DNA from: Polyangiaceae bacterium
GTDB taxonomy: Bacteria; Myxococcota_A; Polyangia; Polyangiales; Polyangiaceae
Reading direction: 5' to 3'
Assembly (NCBI GenBank): GCA_033763455.1
Contig: JANRKO010000047.1
Span: 128,001 to 192,000 of the forward strand
Length of the DNA: 64,000 bases
A model generated the notes under the pieces. That model worked only from the letters and a program-made list of their open reading frames with translations. It was not told the DNA's origin and ran no database searches. This document shows, piece after piece, positions 59,293-64,000 of the stretch. Numbering within the stretch: position 1 is the stretch's first letter; the number at the start of each line of letters is the position of its first letter. Both the position numbers and the translations under genes were made by a program.

Positions 59293-60321
59293 ATGCCTCG
59301 CGCATTGATCACAGGAATCACAGGTCAAGACGGCTCCTACCTCGCTGAACTCCTTCTCGGCAAAGGCTACGAGGTTTGGGGGATGGTGCGGCGCTCTTCG
59401 AGCTTCAACACTCAGCGCATCGATCACCTGTACCGCGACCCTCATGAATCCGGAGTGCGCTTACGGTTAGTCTACGGAGACCTGAACGATGCGTCTTCCT
59501 GCGCCAGCATTTTGGAGGAGGTGCGGCCCGACGAAGTCTACAATCTCGGCGCCCAAAGCCACGTGCGCGTAAGCTTCGACGTTCCTGAGTACACGGCTGA
59601 AATCACGGCCCTCGGAACCATTCGCCTGCTCGAAGCCATCCGCCGCTTGAAAGTCCAAACCCGATTCTACCAAGCCTCTTCGAGTGAACTTTACGGCAAA
59701 GTCATCGAAACCCCTCAATCCGAAAAGACGCCTTTTTACCCCCGCAGCCCGTATGCTGCCGCCAAAGCTTACGCGTTCTACATCACTCAGAATTACCGCG
59801 AAGCCTACAGCCTGTTCGCGGTTAACGGCTTGCTCTTCAACCATGAAAGCCCGCGTCGCGGCGAAACCTTCGTGACGCGCAAAATCACTCGCGCCGCCAC
59901 ACGCATCAAGCTCGGCCTTCAAGATAAGCTATACCTCGGCAATATCGAGGCCAAGCGCGACTGGGGCTTCGCTGGCGACTACGTGGATGCGATGTGGCGC
60001 ATGCTCCAAGCCGACACACCTAGCGACTACGTGATAGCAACCGGAGAAACCCACAGCGTTCGCGAATTCCTGGGAGAAGCCTTCGGACTACTTGACCTCG
60101 ACTACCGAGACTATGTGGCGCACGATCCTCGTTACGAACGGCCCGCCGAAGTCGATCTACTTCTTGGCGACGCTAGCAAGGCAAGGCGCGAGCTCGGCTG
60201 GGAGCCAAAAGTGAGCTTCAAAGCGCTCACCAAGATGATGGTGGACGCAGATATGGTGTTAGCCAAAGAAGAAAAGGTGCTCGGGGCTCACCGAACGAGC
60301 GTAGCGGCGGGGCCGGGGTGA
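59293..60321 (+). CDS. gmd: GDP-mannose 4,6-dehydratase
   Basis: [67 protein letters not shown]. Confidence 0.97.
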   Translation: MPRALITGITGQDGSYLAELLLGKGYEVWGMVRRSSSFNTQRIDHLYRDPHESGVRLRLVYGDLNDASSCASILEEVRPDEVYNLGAQSHVRVSFDVPEYTAEITALGTIRLLEAIRRLKVQTRFYQASSSELYGKVIETPQSEKTPFYPRSPYAAAKAYAFYITQNYREAYSLFAVNGLLFNHESPRRGETFVTRKITRAATRIKLGLQDKLYLGNIEAKRDWGFAGDYVDAMWRMLQADTPSDYVIATGETHSVREFLGEAFGLLDLDYRDYVAHDPRYERPAEVDLLLGDASKARRELGWEPKVSFKALTKMMVDADMVLAKEEKVLGAHRTSVAAGPG

Positions 60322-60451
60322 ATGGGAACTGCCGGCTCGCCTAGCCGGGAAAGACCGGGCGCCAGCTACCCAAGCGATTACCATTGACCTGGCGCAACCC
60401 CTGGAACTAGGGTCCGATAGGAAGATGGTTGAAGCGAGCTAGGCGGGATGG

Positions 60452-61195
60452 ATGTCGAGTCATCGGGGCGGATCCAAAGTTGCATCGGCCGTAAGTTCTT
60501 CCGCGAACGAAGCTGAGCCAAGCACACCGCCTGCGCCGCGCGTGCTGCTCGAGCAAGTGTCTCAGGAATCGCTCCTGCTCAACAGCCGAGCCAACCTCCA
60601 GGTTGCGCTGCGTATCGGTGAAATCCTGGACCGCTACCTGCGTGAAATTCATGGCACGCCGCGAGAGCCCAAGCGAAGCCAAAGTTACCGTGAGATTGCG
60701 GAAGCCGCAAAGCTTGGGCGTAGTCCCTGTGTCCTGTGGCGCTGCGTTCAGATCCACGCTCTTGCCCAGAAGCTTCCCGAAATCCGAACGTTTGTGCATC
60801 TCAGCACTACCCACGTGAGGGCGGTAGTGAATCTGCCGCTGGAGGCGCAACGGCTCCTGCTCACGCAAGCTGAAGGCGAACGGTGGACGTGTGTTCGGCT
60901 GGAGAAAGCAGCCAGTGAGCTTCGCCGCGGCCCGCTGCGCGTGGTCGATGCTCCGGAAAAAGGCCGCCAATCGGGGTTCTTCGCATCACCCGGGGCGGAT
61001 GTCCTGAGAGGTGTGAATACGGCTTTGAGGCACCTCCGTCGGGCGCAGCAGCATGCAGGAGGGCCCCTCCCCGCGCACATTAAGCAGGACATCGAGCAAA
61101 AGTTGCAGCAGCTCGAGCAAGCTTGCGCCGAGGTCAAGGAGGCATGCACTTTTTCGAGTGCCCGTGCCTCCCAAAAGCCTCACGAGAGCTCCTAA
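60452..61195 (+). CDS. Hypothetical protein, possibly helix-turn-helix DNA-binding
   Basis: 247-aa helical ORF with SYREIAEAAKLG and LSTTHVRAV...ERWT..RLE segments. Confidence 0.6.
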   Translation: MSSHRGGSKVASAVSSSANEAEPSTPPAPRVLLEQVSQESLLLNSRANLQVALRIGEILDRYLREIHGTPREPKRSQSYREIAEAAKLGRSPCVLWRCVQIHALAQKLPEIRTFVHLSTTHVRAVVNLPLEAQRLLLTQAEGERWTCVRLEKAASELRRGPLRVVDAPEKGRQSGFFASPGADVLRGVNTALRHLRRAQQHAGGPLPAHIKQDIEQKLQQLEQACAEVKEACTFSSARASQKPHESS

Positions 61196-62802
61196 TTCGC
61201 TGGGGCGGAGCCCGGCACCAAAAACGGAACTGGCTTGAGCGCCACAACAAGCTCCGCACGCGACCCGACACCGTTCTCGAACGCGGAAATAAGTGCCCCG
61301 TTCGAAAGCAGCGGTGCAGCTCCGATCGAGGGCTCCTGCTGAGAGCCCAAACGCGAGGCGATGCCGCCAAGCGGCACCTCGGGCTCTCGAACCAGCATCG
61401 TAGGGCCCACGCTCGACCAAGCGAGCTCCTGAATCCAGACTTCCCCGCTCAGCGGATCGCACGGAGGGCTCCCGGATTGCCATGACAGGTAGATCCTGTC
61501 GCCCACCCGCGCGAGTGTAGGCCGCTGTTGACTAATCGTCGCATCCGAAAAAGGGGCAACGAGCGGCGGCAACGGGAAGCTCTGAACTGGCCCCGGCGCT
61601 GCGTTGTCGAGAATTGCTCCGCGCAAGCGAGCGACCGTTGGAATGCCCAGATTGATAGGATCAGTGGTCTCCGTGAAGACCAAAAGGATATGCGTGGCGT
61701 CAAGCTGAACGAGAGCTGGGCGATTGTGAATGGGCCCCGCGTCAACTTCCTCAGTTGCCCACAACGAACCGTTCGTGTGCACAAAAATTGACTCACGCCC
61801 GCTCCGCCCACTTCGCCATGCCTGGGCATAACCCGACGCCAACGGCGCTAGAACCACCGTGGATTCGCTAGCGGACGAAGCCGCGAGCATCTCCTCTCCC
61901 GCCAAGGGGGCACCGTTCGCATCGAAGCGACGCAGATTAACATCGAGATTATTCTCCCAAGCTACTATCAGTTCACCCCCAACCCACAGCAGATCAACAT
62001 CCCGCCCGTTGGCGCTACCACTCGAAGGCGCGTAAACAACGGTGCCAAGCCCCCCATCGGCTTCCACCATTCGAAACGCCGCACGCGGCCCACCGTTGTT
62101 ATCGGTCCAAGCCACAGCATAACGCCCACTGGGCAGAGCCGCGACACCTGGATTGGGATCGCCCGCAGGCATGGCGCCAAGCGAAACTTCGATATCAACC
62201 CCAACTTTGCTCCCGCCGGCGTCAAATCGGGACAGGAAAACTCGAAGGGGTGAGCTAAGCGTGTACACCACCGCGAAGCCCTCCGCCCCAGCAGAGCTCA
62301 CATGCCGGCTGGGCTCCAGATGGCGCCAAACCGGGCCACCTGGAGCTGGATAAATGATCGCACGCGCGTGACAATCCGGCGTACACAGGTCCTCGGCGGC
62401 GCCAGGCCCATCGTCGCATTCTTCGCTGAGCGGGTCGCGAATGCCATCCCCACACATCGTTGAAACCGGTGGGCTTCCGGCGAAGCCGCCAGTGTTCGCG
62501 ACACCGCCGCTCATACCGACCACGCCGCCCAGGCTTCCGGCATCCGCTCCGCCACTTCCGAGCGTGCGCCCCCCCGCCCCGCCACCGGGCGTAGGCACCA
62601 CCTCGCCGCCACCAGTTCCCAACAAGTCAGGCCGAAACGGCTTGAGAGGAGGCGGCGCAGCGTTCGAGCGTCCAGCGAAACCAGCAGCGGCCTCGGGCTC
62701 CGTGCCTTCAGGAGCATTGAGGCCTTGGGAGTGGCAGGCTTCAACAACCACGAGACCAACGGCTATAGCTGCAAGGATCTGATAATGACGCTTTGGAAAC
62801 AC
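61192..62802 (-). CDS. Lipoprotein with Gly-rich linker, myxobacterial cysteine-rich repeat and beta-rich C-terminal domain
   Basis: AVGLVVVEA-C lipobox-like; CGDGIRDPLSEECDDGPGAAEDLCTPDC repeat; repeated YAVAW/LIVAW/YAQAW/YLSW strands. Confidence 0.75.
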   Translation of the reverse strand: MFPKRHYQILAAIAVGLVVVEACHSQGLNAPEGTEPEAAAGFAGRSNAAPPPLKPFRPDLLGTGGGEVVPTPGGGAGGRTLGSGGADAGSLGGVVGMSGGVANTGGFAGSPPVSTMCGDGIRDPLSEECDDGPGAAEDLCTPDCHARAIIYPAPGGPVWRHLEPSRHVSSAGAEGFAVVYTLSSPLRVFLSRFDAGGSKVGVDIEVSLGAMPAGDPNPGVAALPSGRYAVAWTDNNGGPRAAFRMVEADGGLGTVVYAPSSGSANGRDVDLLWVGGELIVAWENNLDVNLRRFDANGAPLAGEEMLAASSASESTVVLAPLASGYAQAWRSGRSGRESIFVHTNGSLWATEEVDAGPIHNRPALVQLDATHILLVFTETTDPINLGIPTVARLRGAILDNAAPGPVQSFPLPPLVAPFSDATISQQRPTLARVGDRIYLSWQSGSPPCDPLSGEVWIQELAWSSVGPTMLVREPEVPLGGIASRLGSQQEPSIGAAPLLSNGALISAFENGVGSRAELVVALKPVPFLVPGSAPAN

Positions 62803-62849
62803 GCTTGCACCCTAGCAAAGTGTTCGCGTGGCCGCATCCGGCTTCCGCT

Positions 62850-64000
62850 TCAACGCCGCCCTATGACCTCGTACACCTCGGCTTCCGAATCCGAGTAGAC
62901 ACAGCGTAACCCTTCAGACCTTCGCAAGAGTTCGAGGTAGCGTCGCTCGCCCTTGGTGGCCAAGGCGTATCGGGCGTGAAAACGGTTCGTGAGGAGCCCC
63001 GCTACACTCTGTTGCGTGCGCCCTTCAACCAGCGCTATCCATTCCCGATAGAGCTTTTTGTCTTCCCGAAACAGGAAGGTGGCATCCAACCCCGCAACGT
63101 ACGTATTGCTGTCGTTGTGCAGAAAAAGCGAGGGAAAATCTGCCCAGTTCGCATGCACGACGAGCGCCCTTGGCGGCGTGTTGTTGCGCAGCCAGGTCGA
63201 AACCTTTTCGTAGGCTGTCCACGGCATCCCACCGCGGAGACTCTGCGCCACTTCACGCGCTCCTCCCCACGCCGCCGCAGCAAGCAGAGCTGCCGTCAAA
63301 AGGGCGCTCCTAACAAACCGCGCCGCTCCCTTCGAGCATCGTTCTGACAGGGCCTCAACATCCCCAAAAAGATACTGCCAAAAGAGCGCGCTAGCGGCGA
63401 GACCCAAGGGTGCGAAGTACTCAACGTTTCTTCGGCTCTTCATCGCCAACACCATGAAGAGTAGCGCAAGGGCGCTCAGCGAAAGCATGCAGCTGTTCGG
63501 AGCCTCAAGCGAGCGCGAGGCTGAGAGCCCGACGCGCGTAAGCTGCCGGGCGCCAGCAAGCGCCAACGCGACTAGAATCACGGCAAATATGGGCCAGGCC
63601 TTGGCCACGAGCTCCCACCAGCCCAAGGGCGCCCACTCCCCACCCACGCTAACCTGTTTGCCGTAGTTGATCAGCGCGATGTGCACGGTTTGCTCCCAGT
63701 AGAAGCGGAGATTCCCTGGGAAATAGGGGTTTAGGAGCACTCCTAGCGCATTGCCGGCTAGGACCACCTGGAGGTTGCGAGCCTCTCGCCAAGCCCAGAG
63801 TTCGCGCAGTGTCGTGTTAGAAGTTCGTTCACCCTCCGACAGCCAATGCCACAGGAGGCGACCGCTGAGCTCTGCCGCGCACGCTACCGCCAGAAGTGGC
63901 CAGGCACCGTAGGCCCAAACATAGGCCCACGCCCAGAAGAACAGGGAACGCGAACGCCCCCTCTGCATGAGCCACAAGCCCACGAATAACATCGCAACCG
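62850..64000 (-). CDS. Polytopic membrane protein, 5'-truncated (possible GT-C-like)
   Basis: The frame is open to the window edge. Multiple TMs, LNPYFP, GGEW and RRNVEYF, then a soluble W.DFP.LF..N...Y..GLD.TF domain. Confidence 0.65.
   Translation of the reverse strand, partial: VAMLFVGLWLMQRGRSRSLFFWAWAYVWAYGAWPLLAVACAAELSGRLLWHWLSEGERTSNTTLRELWAWREARNLQVVLAGNALGVLLNPYFPGNLRFYWEQTVHIALINYGKQVSVGGEWAPLGWWELVAKAWPIFAVILVALALAGARQLTRVGLSASRSLEAPNSCMLSLSALALLFMVLAMKSRRNVEYFAPLGLAASALFWQYLFGDVEALSERCSKGAARFVRSALLTAALLAAAAWGGAREVAQSLRGGMPWTAYEKVSTWLRNNTPPRALVVHANWADFPSLFLHNDSNTYVAGLDATFLFREDKKLYREWIALVEGRTQQSVAGLLTNRFHARYALATKGERRYLELLRRSEGLRCVYSDSEAEVYEVIGRR

Noticed and set aside
1..64000. 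Mobile elements, prophage, tRNA or rRNA genes
   Set aside because: No transposase, integrase, phage gene, terminal inverted repeat or structural RNA was recognised by eye. An Infernal/tRNAscan run would be needed to exclude small RNAs.

Overview
This is a GC-rich bacterial window, most likely from Myxococcota/Polyangiales. That assignment is inferred from a myxobacterial-type CGDG..EECDDG cysteine repeat and lipoproteins with Gly-rich linkers. The left end has a truncated secreted protein, a Gln/Pro/Gly-repeat lipoprotein, a thiG-MFS-VanZ-thiE operon and an MlaF-like ABC ATPase. About 6.5-60.3 kb is a very large surface-polysaccharide locus that switches strand repeatedly. It contains Wzc, a Wzy candidate, two Wzx flippases, three O-antigen-ligase-like proteins, a complete PglF/E/D/C (bacillosamine-type) set, five GT4 and two GT2 glycosyltransferases, two AsnB amidotransferases, five SAM methyltransferases, carbamoyl-, acyl- and ATP-grasp tailoring enzymes, nucleotide-sugar epimerases/dehydrogenase, Uxs and Gmd. 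The standout is a complete lasso-peptide gene cluster inside this glycan locus at 52719-56326. It encodes RRE (B1), leader peptidase (B2), HPr-kinase-like kinase, lasso cyclase (C) and a 51-aa precursor missed by the ORF track, with predicted core GVPSAAPDIDDLGDMS ending in Ser. It has no dedicated exporter and runs directly into a UDP-sugar dehydrogenase, Wzx and gmd. No rRNA, tRNA, CRISPR array or mobile element was recognised. All family calls come from motif recognition by eye; no database searches were run.
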